The translations under genes and the position numbers were made by a program. This document shows positions 28,476 to 37,024 of a stretch of DNA of 64,000 bases, in pieces (position 1 is the first letter of the stretch; each line of letters opens with the position of its first letter). Source of the stretch: Planctomycetota bacterium (GTDB lineage: Bacteria > Planctomycetota > PUPC01 > DSUN01); contig DATKZY010000028.1 of assembly GCA_035527715.1 (NCBI GenBank), positions 17,416-81,415 on the forward strand, read 5' to 3'. The notes beneath the pieces were generated by a model. The model did no database searches. It saw only the letters and a program-made list of their open reading frames with translations, and was not told where the DNA came from.

Positions 28476-28663
28476 AAGGAGCGAGGCAGTTGGCCATCTG
28501 TGAGGGGGAAGTGGGCGGGCGCTGCGCGCCATAAGCCCTTATTGGGCAATTGGTTGCGGCGCTGGCCCTCGTGCCTACAGATGGCCAAATCCTGGGGCGG
28601 GGAGATTGGCCACCTGTCGCCTGTCGGCCGGCGGGCGGCGCGGGGAGCACCCGCGTCGGAGGG

Positions 28664-28750
28664 GGGTGGGACAGGTGGGACCGGTGGGACGTGTGGGACC
28701 AATCGGACTACGAAGGGCGCGTCTGAGGCGTCCCACGGGTCCCACCGCCC
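28664..28750. repeat. 9-bp-period GGGAC/GTCCC palindromic array
   Basis: gtgggacag gtgggaccg gtgggacgt gtgggacca atcggacta ...loop... gtcccacgg gtcccaccg. Confidence 0.8.
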
Positions 28751-28770
28751 TGAGCCAGGACAACCCGCAT

Positions 28771-28799
28771 TTGACACGCCGCGCCCGGGGGGCTAAGAT
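28771..28799 (+). promoter_or_regulatory. Sigma70-like promoter candidate
   Basis: TTGACA-N17-TAAGAT, 55 nt upstream of ATG 28855. Confidence 0.45.
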
Positions 28800-28854
28800 A
28801 CCGCGCCAATGTGGTGTGATCCCAGACCTTCGAGTTCCTGAAAGGGCAGGCTCC

Positions 28855-30066
28855 ATGGCAGACAAGGTGCGGCTGGCAATGATCGGCTGCGGCGGCATGG
28901 CCAACGGCCATCTGCGCGGCTACGAGCTGCTGTGGCAGAAGGGGATGCGAAACTTCGAGGTCGTGGCCTGCGTGGATACGAATCTCGAGAACGCCAACAA
29001 GTTCGCCGACACGGCCGAGAAGTTCCAGGGCAGGCGGCCCATCGTCACCGCCGACTACGATGAGGTGGTCAGGAACAGGCAGGCCAACGCCGCCGACATC
29101 GCCACGCCGCACGGCCTCCATCACATCATCGGCTGCGCCTGCCTCGAGAACGGCATTGACGTGATGATCGAGAAGCCCATCGGCATCACGGTGCGGGCCA
29201 GCCGCCTGATCGCCGAGACGGCCGACAAGAAGAAGCGGATCGCGGCGACTGCCGAGAACATCCGCCGCGGCCTCGGACAGCGGGCGATTCATTGGGCGAT
29301 CAACACGAAGAAGATCATCGGCGACATGCGCAGCTTCTTCTCGCAGGGCGCCGGCTATAGCCCCTTCCCCGGCGACGCTCCCCCCTTCCGCTGGCGCATT
29401 CAGAAGCTCTTCAGCGGCGGCCTCATGGTGATGGACAGCGGCGCCCACTTCGTGGATTCGATGCGCTATTTCTTCGGCGACCTCGAGCGCGCCTACGCCG
29501 AGTTGCGCCTCTTCGAGCCCGCGAAGTTCACCGACGAGAAGGGCAAGACCGTCGTCAGCGACTGCGAGGACTCCTGGAGCGCCATCCTCACGTTCAAGAG
29601 CGGCCTCGTCGGCACCTGGAGCTGGTCGAACGTCCAGCCCGGCCACAGCTACCGCACCGTGCTCTACTACGGCTCCGAAGGCTCGATCAAGGACACGGGC
29701 GACGTGTTCCACGGCTTCCAGTCCCTCGCCGGCGAGGTGATGTTCAAGGACGGCAAGACGAAGAGCGTGAACGATCTGGCCATCGAGTTCCTGCTGAGCC
29801 TGTCGCCCGACGAGAAGGAGCGCCTGTTCCCCTTCGGCATCACGAACGGCGTCTACCTCGAATGCTGGGACTTCATTGACGCCTGTGCGAAGCGGCGGCG
29901 CCCCGACGTGGATGCCTGGGACGGCCTGAAGGCGAAGGCATTCAGCGAGACCGTCTACGAATCCGCCGCCGCGGGCAAGGCGATCGCCTACGACGACGTC
30001 GTGGCCTGCAAGGTCGAGAAGTACCAGGGCCCGATCAACAAGAAATGGGGGCTGACCAAGAGGTGA
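28855..30066 (+). CDS. Gfo/Idh/MocA family oxidoreductase
   Basis: MADKVRLAMIGCGGMANGHLRGY N-terminal Rossmann motif and an EKP motif (VMIEKPIG). About 400 aa. Confidence 0.85.
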   Translation: MADKVRLAMIGCGGMANGHLRGYELLWQKGMRNFEVVACVDTNLENANKFADTAEKFQGRRPIVTADYDEVVRNRQANAADIATPHGLHHIIGCACLENGIDVMIEKPIGITVRASRLIAETADKKKRIAATAENIRRGLGQRAIHWAINTKKIIGDMRSFFSQGAGYSPFPGDAPPFRWRIQKLFSGGLMVMDSGAHFVDSMRYFFGDLERAYAELRLFEPAKFTDEKGKTVVSDCEDSWSAILTFKSGLVGTWSWSNVQPGHSYRTVLYYGSEGSIKDTGDVFHGFQSLAGEVMFKDGKTKSVNDLAIEFLLSLSPDEKERLFPFGITNGVYLECWDFIDACAKRRRPDVDAWDGLKAKAFSETVYESAAAGKAIAYDDVVACKVEKYQGPINKKWGLTKR

Positions 30067-30098
30067 GGTCGGCGCCTGCGGTTGGTGTGGTGCGCAGA

Positions 30099-30172
30099 CG
30101 CGTGACGCGTGACCCGTGACAGGAATCGGAACGCGCTCTCTTGCCCTATCACGCGTCACGAGTCACGCGTCC
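30099..30172. repeat. Inverted pair of heptanucleotide arrays (CGTGACN)
   Basis: cgcgtgacgcgtgacccgtgac ...27 nt... atcacgcgtcacgagtcacgcgtcc. The arms can pair as a long hairpin. Confidence 0.75.
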
Positions 30173-30205
30173 GGGGCGCGGTCGAGCGAAACCGGAAGCT
30201 GTCGA

Positions 30206-31150
30206 ATGATTATCCGCGACCTCTATCGCAGCCCCGTCGAGGACCTGCACAAGGCCATCGCGGCCAGCACGGCCACGGTGCTGCGCCGCGGGGTGATCCG
30301 CGCGCCCTCCGAGGTCGAGGCGGAGGACGTCGCGCGGCTCGCATCACACCCCGACTTCGACCCCTCGCTGAGCTTCGTGGCGTACGAGGGGCCGGACCCC
30401 GTCGCGTTTCTCGTCTCGCGGCTCCAGCGCCACGAGGAGGCCAGCGAGGCGGTCTGGACCCTCTTCGGCGGGGCGGCCGACGCCAGCCACGCGCTCGAGG
30501 TCCTCCTCGACGAGACGATGGCCCACTGGCGCCGCGAGGGGGCCACGCGGGCACGGAAGGACGCCGCCGGCCTGCTCCTCAGCGAGCCGCGCCTGGCCGA
30601 GGACGCCGAGCTTGTGGACCTTCTGAAGGAGCGCGAATTCGAGGTCACGGCCACCAGCACCGAGGTCGCGGCCGAGCTGAAAAAGCTGGCCACGCCGAAG
30701 GAGCTTGCCGACCGGGCCGAGGAGGTGCGGCAGAAGGGCTTCGCCGTCCGCGCCGCGCGCCCCGACGAGGCCCTCGTCGTCGCCCGCCAGTACGACCCGC
30801 GCCACACCCGCCGCCACTCGCAGGAGTTCTGGAACCTCGTCGCCCGCCACATGCGGCCCGAGGCCACCCTCGTGGTCGAGCACCGCCGCCAGATCGTCGG
30901 CTACGCGACCTACCTCGGCTGGACCCTCGACGGCCCTTGCCCCAGTCTCGGCCCACACTTCGTGGACGAGGTGTACCACAGGGGCGGCCTGGACTCGGTG
31001 CTGCTCCACGAGGCCCTGCTGGTCGCCAGGCAGAACGCCAAGGAGCAAGTGCGGGCGTACATCGGCACCGAGCGGCCCGACGCCTATCAACGTGCCGGGA
31101 TGACAACGGCCGGGCGCTTCTGCCACGAGGCCACGGTCGAGCTCACGTAG
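30206..31150 (+). CDS. Hypothetical protein, possibly a tandem GNAT-like acetyltransferase fold
   Basis: ATG 30206 (MIIRDLYRSP) gives a 314-aa ORF with normal composition. The C-terminal half (IVGYATYLGW...HFVDEVYHRGGLDSVLLHEALLVARQ) resembles an acetyl-CoA binding segment. The function call is weak. Confidence 0.4.
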   Translation: MIIRDLYRSPVEDLHKAIAASTATVLRRGVIRAPSEVEAEDVARLASHPDFDPSLSFVAYEGPDPVAFLVSRLQRHEEASEAVWTLFGGAADASHALEVLLDETMAHWRREGATRARKDAAGLLLSEPRLAEDAELVDLLKEREFEVTATSTEVAAELKKLATPKELADRAEEVRQKGFAVRAARPDEALVVARQYDPRHTRRHSQEFWNLVARHMRPEATLVVEHRRQIVGYATYLGWTLDGPCPSLGPHFVDEVYHRGGLDSVLLHEALLVARQNAKEQVRAYIGTERPDAYQRAGMTTAGRFCHEATVELT

Positions 31151-31153
31151 TCC

Positions 31154-31181
31154 TTGCACCGTTCGCTCCCTCTCGTAGAAT
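31154..31181 (+). promoter_or_regulatory. Sigma70-like promoter candidate, near-leaderless
   Basis: TTGCAC-N16-TAGAAT, with only 9 nt between the -10 box and ATG 31191. Confidence 0.4.
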
Positions 31182-31190
31182 GCGACAGCC

Positions 31191-33458
31191 ATGACACGCC
31201 TTCTCGTGATCGCGGGCCTGCTGCTGGCTGTGTCAGAGGAGTCCGCCATGTCGGCTCAGCGGGAATTGCCGGGGACAAGGCCGCTAGAGATGACCGGCGA
31301 TCTCGCGGCGCAGATGGTCGCCGGCCTGCGCGAGTTCATGCTCAAGCACATCGACGCGTCGGTCACGAGCCGCGAGAAGCTCTGGCAGCGCGACTTCTCC
31401 TCGCCAGAGGCATACACCCGCTCCGTCGCCCCGAACCGCGAGCGATTCAAGGCTTACATCGGAGCCGTAGACCCTCGCGTGGCCTTCGACGGCATCGAAT
31501 TGGTCGCCACGATGGCTTCGCCCGCCATGGTGGCAGAGGGCGCGGGCTACACTGTCCACGCCGCCCGCTGGCCAGTCCTCGACGGCGTGGACGCCGAGGG
31601 GCTGCTCCTCCAGCCGAAGGGCGAACCCGTGGCGAGGGTCGTGGCAATCCCCGACGCCGACTGGTCGCCCGAGATGCTTGCGGGCCTGGCACCTGGGGTG
31701 CCGCCCGAGGCGCAGTTCGCCCGCCGCCTCGCCGAGAACGGCTGCCTCGTGCTCGTGCCCACGATCGTTGACCGCAAGACCACGTGGTCGGGCAACCCCC
31801 GTATCGGCCGCAAGACCGATCAAAGCCACCGCGAGTGGGTCTACCGCATGGCCTTCGAGATGGGCCGACACGTCATCGGCTACGAGGTGCAGAAGGTGCT
31901 CGCGGCGGTGGACTGGTTTGCCCGCGAGGGCGGGAAGGCGAAGATCGGGGTCTTCGGCTACGGCGAGGGCGGCCTGCTCGCCCTCTATGCCGCCGCCCTC
32001 GACACGCGGATTGACGCCGCGGTCGTCAGCGGCTACTTCCAGGCCCGCGAGCGCGTGTGGCAGGAGCCTATCTATCGAAATGTCTGGGGTCTACTGCACG
32101 AGTTCGGCGACGCGGGGGTGGCAGGTCTCATCGCCCCGCGGCCACTGATCGTCGAGGCCAGCCGCGGCCCGGTCGTGGGCAAGCAAGGCTCCACGCCCGG
32201 CGAACTGGCCTCGCCGCCCTTCGAGTCCACGAAGGCCGAGTTCGAGAAGGCCCACGCCGTGGACTCCCGCCTCATCGGCAACGGCGATGGCCCGCCCGGC
32301 CGCGACGACGCGCTCAAGGCATTCCTCGAAGTCCTTGGAGCCAAAGCAGTTCTGAAGCAAGGCGGCCCGCCGCCCACCGACCTGCGCAAGGGCTTCGACC
32401 CCGGCCAGAGGATGAAGCGGCAGCTCGACCAGCTCGTCGCCTTCACCCAGCGGCTCATGCGCCTCTCGGAGTATCGGCGGGCAGGGCTCTGGGCGAAGGT
32501 AAACCATTCCTCACTCGAGGCCTATGCCAAGTCCATCGAGCCCTACCGCGGGATGTTCCGCAAGGAGGTCATCGGCGAGGTGCCGCCGCCGAGCCTGCCG
32601 CCAAATCCAAGAAGCCGCGTGATCTGCGACGAGCCGAAGTGGACTGGATACGAGGTCGTCCTCGACGTCTGGCCAGGGGTGTTCGCCTACGGTATCCTCT
32701 TGCTGCCCAAGGACTTGCGGCAGGGCGAGCGGCGGCCGGTCGTCGTCTGCCAGCACGGCCTCGAGGGCCGCCCGCAGACGCTTGTGGACGTGAAGAACGA
32801 CGGCGCCTACCACCACTACGCTGCGAAGCTGGCCGACAGGGGCTTCGTGGTCTTCGCCCCGCAGAACCCCTACATCGGCGGCGACAGCTTCAGAGTCCTT
32901 CAGCGGATGGCCAACCCCCTCAAGTGCTCCCTCTTCTCCCTCATCATCCGCCAGCACGAGGTCATCACCGACTGGCTGGCCTCGCTGCCCTTCGTGAACC
33001 CGCAACGCATTGGCTTCTATGGACTTAGCTACGGCGGGAAGACCGCCATGCGCGTCCCCGCCCTCGTGCCCCGCTACTGCCTCTCCATCTGCTCGGGCGA
33101 CTTCAACGAGTGGGTGAAGAAGAACGTAACCATCGAGGCGGGTTACAGTTACATGTTCACCGGCGAGTACGAGATGTTCGAGTTCGACCTCGGCCACAGG
33201 GCCAACTACGCCGAGATGGCGGCCTTGATCGCCCCGCGGCCGTTCATGGTCGAGCGCGGGCACCGCGACGGCGTGGCGCCCGACGAATGGGTCGCCTACG
33301 AATACGCCAAAGTCCGCCGCCGCTACGCCGACCTCAAGATTCCCGACCGCACGGAGATCGAGTTCTTCGACGGCCCGCACGAGATCCACGGCGTCGGCAC
33401 CTTCCGCTTCCTCCACCGCCATCTCTCCTGGCCCGAGCCTGGCGCGGGGAAGCAGTAA
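31191..33458 (+). CDS. Secreted alpha/beta hydrolase (two hydrolase-like halves; esterase/peptidase S9-like)
   Basis: Signal peptide MTRLLVIAGLLLAVSEESAMS. Nucleophile-elbow-like segments are VFGYGEGGLLALYAAALD and FYGLSYGGKTAMRV (GxSxG). Confidence 0.6.
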   Translation: MTRLLVIAGLLLAVSEESAMSAQRELPGTRPLEMTGDLAAQMVAGLREFMLKHIDASVTSREKLWQRDFSSPEAYTRSVAPNRERFKAYIGAVDPRVAFDGIELVATMASPAMVAEGAGYTVHAARWPVLDGVDAEGLLLQPKGEPVARVVAIPDADWSPEMLAGLAPGVPPEAQFARRLAENGCLVLVPTIVDRKTTWSGNPRIGRKTDQSHREWVYRMAFEMGRHVIGYEVQKVLAAVDWFAREGGKAKIGVFGYGEGGLLALYAAALDTRIDAAVVSGYFQARERVWQEPIYRNVWGLLHEFGDAGVAGLIAPRPLIVEASRGPVVGKQGSTPGELASPPFESTKAEFEKAHAVDSRLIGNGDGPPGRDDALKAFLEVLGAKAVLKQGGPPPTDLRKGFDPGQRMKRQLDQLVAFTQRLMRLSEYRRAGLWAKVNHSSLEAYAKSIEPYRGMFRKEVIGEVPPPSLPPNPRSRVICDEPKWTGYEVVLDVWPGVFAYGILLLPKDLRQGERRPVVVCQHGLEGRPQTLVDVKNDGAYHHYAAKLADRGFVVFAPQNPYIGGDSFRVLQRMANPLKCSLFSLIIRQHEVITDWLASLPFVNPQRIGFYGLSYGGKTAMRVPALVPRYCLSICSGDFNEWVKKNVTIEAGYSYMFTGEYEMFEFDLGHRANYAEMAALIAPRPFMVERGHRDGVAPDEWVAYEYAKVRRRYADLKIPDRTEIEFFDGPHEIHGVGTFRFLHRHLSWPEPGAGKQ

Positions 33459-33465
33459 GGCGGTC

Positions 33466-34150
33466 CACCACGGAGACACGGAGAGCACGGAGAAGACAAG
33501 ATCTCATGCAGAGCCAGCAGAGGCGGCAGGGCTCGCAGTGAAGACTCTCGACCCCGGATCGCACGGATCGGCGCGGATGGCGAAGCCGGGAAGGGGGCGC
33601 AGAAGGGGCAGCGACCGCGGATTACGCGGATGCCGCGGATAGGCAGAAGCGGAGAAGGCATACAGTAGGCAGTCCGCGCTCGTCGTCGTCGTCCTCGTCG
33701 TCGTCGTCGAAACCGCCGCGACCCGACCACGGATCGCACAGATCAGCACGGAAGGCGAAGCCGGGAAGCGGGCACAGAATGGGCAGCGACCGCGGATGAC
33801 GCGGATAGGCAGAAGGGGAGAAGGCATACAGTGGACAGTCCGTGCTCGTCGTCGTCGTCGAGACCGCTGCGATCCAACCCCGGATCGCACGGATCGGCGC
33901 GGAAGGCGAAGCCGGGAAGCGGGCACGAAAAGAAAGGCGACCGCGGATTACGCGGATGACGCGGATAGGCAGAAGGGGAGAAGGCATACAGTGGACAGTC
34001 CGTGCTCGTCGTCGTCGTCGTCCTCGTCGTCGTCGTCGAAACCGCCGCGACCCGACCCCGGATCGCACGGATCAGCACGGACGGCGAAGCCGGGAAGCGG
34101 GGACAGGAGGAAAGGCGACCGCGGATTACGCGGATGACGCGGATGGGAAA
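33466..34150. repeat. Tandem macro-repeat, about 3.5 units of 151-178 bp, built from nested 9-mer arrays plus (CGT)n
   Basis: The unit anchor ggatcgcac(g/a)gatc recurs at 33556, 33731, 33882 and 34060. Each unit contains ggatcgcac-ggatcggcg, cgcggatta-cgcggatga-cgcggatag and ggcatacagtggacagtccgtgctcgtcgtcgtcg... Unit length varies with the CGT tract. Confidence 0.85.
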
Positions 34151-34158
34151 CGCAAGAA

Positions 34159-34224
34159 GGTGTTCGGTGATCGGTGTTCGGGGTCAGGAGCTTGCGGCTT
34201 GTAGCTTGTGGCTTGCGGCTTCTC
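34159..34224. repeat. Heptanucleotide arrays (GTGTTCG-type, then GCTTGNG-type)
   Basis: ggtgttcggtgatcggtgttcgggg, followed by gcttgcg gcttgta gcttgtg gcttgcg gcttctc. Confidence 0.8.
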
Positions 34225-34368
34225 GCTCCCGGCTCGCCGCTCCCTCGTTCGCAGCGGCAGGTCATGCACACCTTCACGCGGAATCGTCTTCCCCCACAAA
34301 CCGCCCGACCGAGACAAAGGTAGAATGACGACCTGACACCGGCAGCCTATCGCCCTACCACTAGATGA

Positions 34369-36663
34369 TTACAGGGCGGACGCTTCCTTGATCACAGGGT
34401 CGCCGCACGTGCTTGGGGACACCAGAAGCCGACCGGTTCTTGCCATCTGGCTGCGGTCAGGGAGCCAGATGTGTAGGCCGCCTCTTCTGTACTGGGTCGC
34501 CAGACCGTGAGACTGAAGGAGCCTCAAGGCATCGGGAACTAGCTGCCGGCTTCTCTGGTCCAGACCTCTGAAAAGGGCATTCTCCTTTCTGCCCTTGCCG
34601 CGCTGAACATAGAGCTTCTTCAACACCGTGAGTAGCACTCTCAAGCCGAGCGGAAGACCGAGATCGAGGATTGAGCTCGTCGTTTCCACTGACTCCCTGA
34701 ACGCATCAAACACACACTCACTGTCGAAAGCCCCGGCTGGGAGGTCGTCACGGGAGACGCGACCATCCATTTCCGCTATGAAACAGGCGGAGAACTTTGG
34801 TACCCTGCTTCCCTCAACCTGGGGGTCAACATCAAGCCGCATGAAGTAGCAGTCGGTGAAACGAGCGCGGCTGATGTCCCCCGCAGAACCAGAGATCTCC
34901 AGGTCAGGGATCAGGATACCCTGAATCTGCAAAGCACACGGCAGCGAGATGCCCATCGCGGCCACAATACGCACCAGGTCCGCGCGCAGCATGTCGGCGG
35001 CACCAAGCTGGTTCGTTCTCTGGATCGCTGCACCCAACTTCCCCTCTGCGCCGGGAATCCTGCTCAATGCAAGGGCTGCTACCTCTACCCCCAAAGCGCC
35101 CAAAGCGCACTCGGCTTCTTCAAGGAGTCCTGTCTCAGATCCAAAGGGCTGTTCGCAGAAGTACACGAGGTCGCCGGCTCGGCACGTGTCAGCGAAGTCC
35201 TCGTCGATGAAGCTCCTGTTGTCGCCCCCGTCGGGTCCGACACCCAAGCCGGGCAGACGTTGAAGGATAACCATTGCCTGTTCGTCGGGCTTGTACCCGC
35301 ATATCTCCTCGAAAGCCTCTTGGACCTGCTCCGAAGCGACGGGACCGAGGCCGTTCAGTGTGCCCCTCGCCTTCGAAGCGGTTCGTTCAAGGACCCTGCG
35401 TATGGTTTGTCCGTCAATGCCTGCCTCAATCTCTGCTTCTCGGTCGCAGATTCGGCCGATCAGATCATGCCACCCTATGGCTGGGTCTAGGGGCGCGTTC
35501 TCGCGCCCCGACTCAGCGGGTTGGCGCGGGAGAGCGCCTCGTGACACAAGATAGCCGACCAACAGCGGACGGGCTGGCATCCAGCACGGAATGGTGCCAG
35601 CATAGCCACTACTCTTAACGTACTCACGTATCTGGTCCTCCGTGAAATCATTCAGAGTCAGGTCCACAAAGAACCCGTGGGTTCCAAGAGCTGATCTCCT
35701 CTCTCGCTCGTTATCAAAGAAATAGGCGCGCCCTGCCAGCGCGACCCCTACGCTACTCGGAGTATCTCGAACAAATCGCCTCACGACTTCCATCGATCGG
35801 AACCGGTTTTCCCTCAGCCTCTTCCACGGGCCCTGAATAGCAAGGGACGCCACCTCATCAAATCCATCGAGGATAACGATTCCATACCCGGCTCGCCAGG
35901 CGCGGACGAGGTGAGTCGGTTGCGAAAACCCGATGATCTTCGCGTGTCTCTCGAGGACTTCAGTCGGGTCATCCTGGCCGTAGTGATCCCTTAGATTAAT
36001 GTAGATTGGGAATCTGTAGGTGTCACCCTTAAGATGCCGGCGGCGCAATCCGAAGTAGATCTCGCGGAGGGTCATGCTCTTCCCGGCGCCGTAATCACCC
36101 AGCAGCACGATCCTACCACCCTGGTCCAACTGATCTACCATTCTTGAGAAGTCCCAGGTTTCACCTGATGCAGCATCCAGGCAGGCAAGGGGAACATATT
36201 TCGCCCTCGGTTCAGCGGCCCCTGTTCCAGGGTCTCTTACGCTTCCAAACCGATAATTGGAGCGGTCCCTGAGGTACGAGACAACGTCTATGAGCTTGGC
36301 CTTGAACTGGCGATAGGAGACGGCGTTCACGAGCCCAGGGTACTGGTTGGCCACCCTACGTTGGACAGCACTGGGTTCCGACTTCGTCACGAACCAGCAG
36401 AGAACAGCCTTAGCGCGCCCGGACCTCTTCAGTCTCGAGGCGTGGTTCACCATCTTGCCGATGTCCTTCTTAGCTTTGTCCTCCCGACCTGATGTCGTCG
36501 CCTCAACCAGATGAATGCAATCTTCGGTCTCGAACAAACCATCCATTTCCCGCTCCCCAACCATCGTCGCACCCCCGTACTCGGCCGCTGGCCAGAGATG
36601 ACGAGCGATGGAGCGCACTTCGTCTTCAAAGATCTTGTCGTCATCACGGTCGGTTGCTGTCAT
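34369..36663 (-). CDS. STAND/NACHT-type P-loop NTPase with an N-terminal PD-(D/E)xK-like module and an unassigned C-terminal domain (candidate antiphage sensor)
   Basis: 764 aa. Walker A is LLGDYGAGKSMT and Walker B is IVILDGFDEV. The N-terminal segment FEDEVRSIARHL...GEREMDGLFETEDCIHLVEATTSGREDK is Mrr/NERD-like. GC is visibly lower than in the neighbours. Confidence 0.7.
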   Translation of the reverse strand: MTATDRDDDKIFEDEVRSIARHLWPAAEYGGATMVGEREMDGLFETEDCIHLVEATTSGREDKAKKDIGKMVNHASRLKRSGRAKAVLCWFVTKSEPSAVQRRVANQYPGLVNAVSYRQFKAKLIDVVSYLRDRSNYRFGSVRDPGTGAAEPRAKYVPLACLDAASGETWDFSRMVDQLDQGGRIVLLGDYGAGKSMTLREIYFGLRRRHLKGDTYRFPIYINLRDHYGQDDPTEVLERHAKIIGFSQPTHLVRAWRAGYGIVILDGFDEVASLAIQGPWKRLRENRFRSMEVVRRFVRDTPSSVGVALAGRAYFFDNERERRSALGTHGFFVDLTLNDFTEDQIREYVKSSGYAGTIPCWMPARPLLVGYLVSRGALPRQPAESGRENAPLDPAIGWHDLIGRICDREAEIEAGIDGQTIRRVLERTASKARGTLNGLGPVASEQVQEAFEEICGYKPDEQAMVILQRLPGLGVGPDGGDNRSFIDEDFADTCRAGDLVYFCEQPFGSETGLLEEAECALGALGVEVAALALSRIPGAEGKLGAAIQRTNQLGAADMLRADLVRIVAAMGISLPCALQIQGILIPDLEISGSAGDISRARFTDCYFMRLDVDPQVEGSRVPKFSACFIAEMDGRVSRDDLPAGAFDSECVFDAFRESVETTSSILDLGLPLGLRVLLTVLKKLYVQRGKGRKENALFRGLDQRSRQLVPDALRLLQSHGLATQYRRGGLHIWLPDRSQMARTGRLLVSPSTCGDPVIKEASAL

Positions 36664-36745
36664 TACAGGACTCCCAGATCATTGGCGCGGCAATCCCAGC
36701 GACAGTTCCGGACAGTTCCAGGGCCACCATACTCAATCCCGGGCC

Positions 36746-36913
36746 TCAGGGGCTGACGAAGAGGTCGGCAATGGGGCAGCGGAAGCCGGGGAGGAGTTCG
36801 CCACCGTCGAGTTCGGCGCCGACGGGGAGGGTCTCGATGTCGGAGGCCGAGCGGTAGACGGCGTCGGGCATCTCGAGCAACTGCTCGGCAGTGATCAGTG
36901 TGGCCGCGCTCAT
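36746..36913 (-). pseudogene. Uma2 (DUF820) family endonuclease remnant with an in-frame internal deletion
   Basis: MSAATLITAEQLLEMPD is a typical Uma2 N-terminus. It is fused to DIETLPVGAELDGGELLPGFRCPIADLF, a typical Uma2 C-terminus. Only 55 codons remain versus about 190 in intact family members, and the catalytic core is missing. Confidence 0.6.
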
Positions 36914-36967
36914 GGCTTCACCCCCGGGGCGCATGACGGATGGCTCTTGCGACCTCTTCATGACGGC

Positions 36968-36996
36968 ATACTACGCGCCCGAGGCAGGGGAGTCAA
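36968..36996 (-). promoter_or_regulatory. Sigma70-like promoter candidate (Uma2 relic, possibly reading into the NACHT gene)
   Basis: Minus strand reads TTGACT-N17-TAGTAT. I found no convincing promoter between the relic and the NACHT start. Confidence 0.4.
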
Positions 36997-37024
36997 GAGG
37001 CGCGAGGAGAAAGCCGGGTGTTCG

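Noticed and set aside
33323-34328. Track ORFs across the macro-repeat (33323-33739-, 33504-33926-, 33622-34068-, 33743-34078-, 33796-34137+, 33842-34204+, 33948-34277-, 34002-34328+).
   Set aside because: Their sequences are repeat-driven (poly-Arg, poly-Asp, poly-Val runs) and mutually overlap in several frames. They have no RBS and no family resemblance.
33466-34330. A possible CRISPR array in the repeat-dense 33.5-34.3 kb region.
   Set aside because: There is no alternation of a constant 25-40 bp repeat with unique spacers. Whole 151-178 bp units are similar to each other. The sub-repeats are 7-9 bp, and no cas genes are present in the window.
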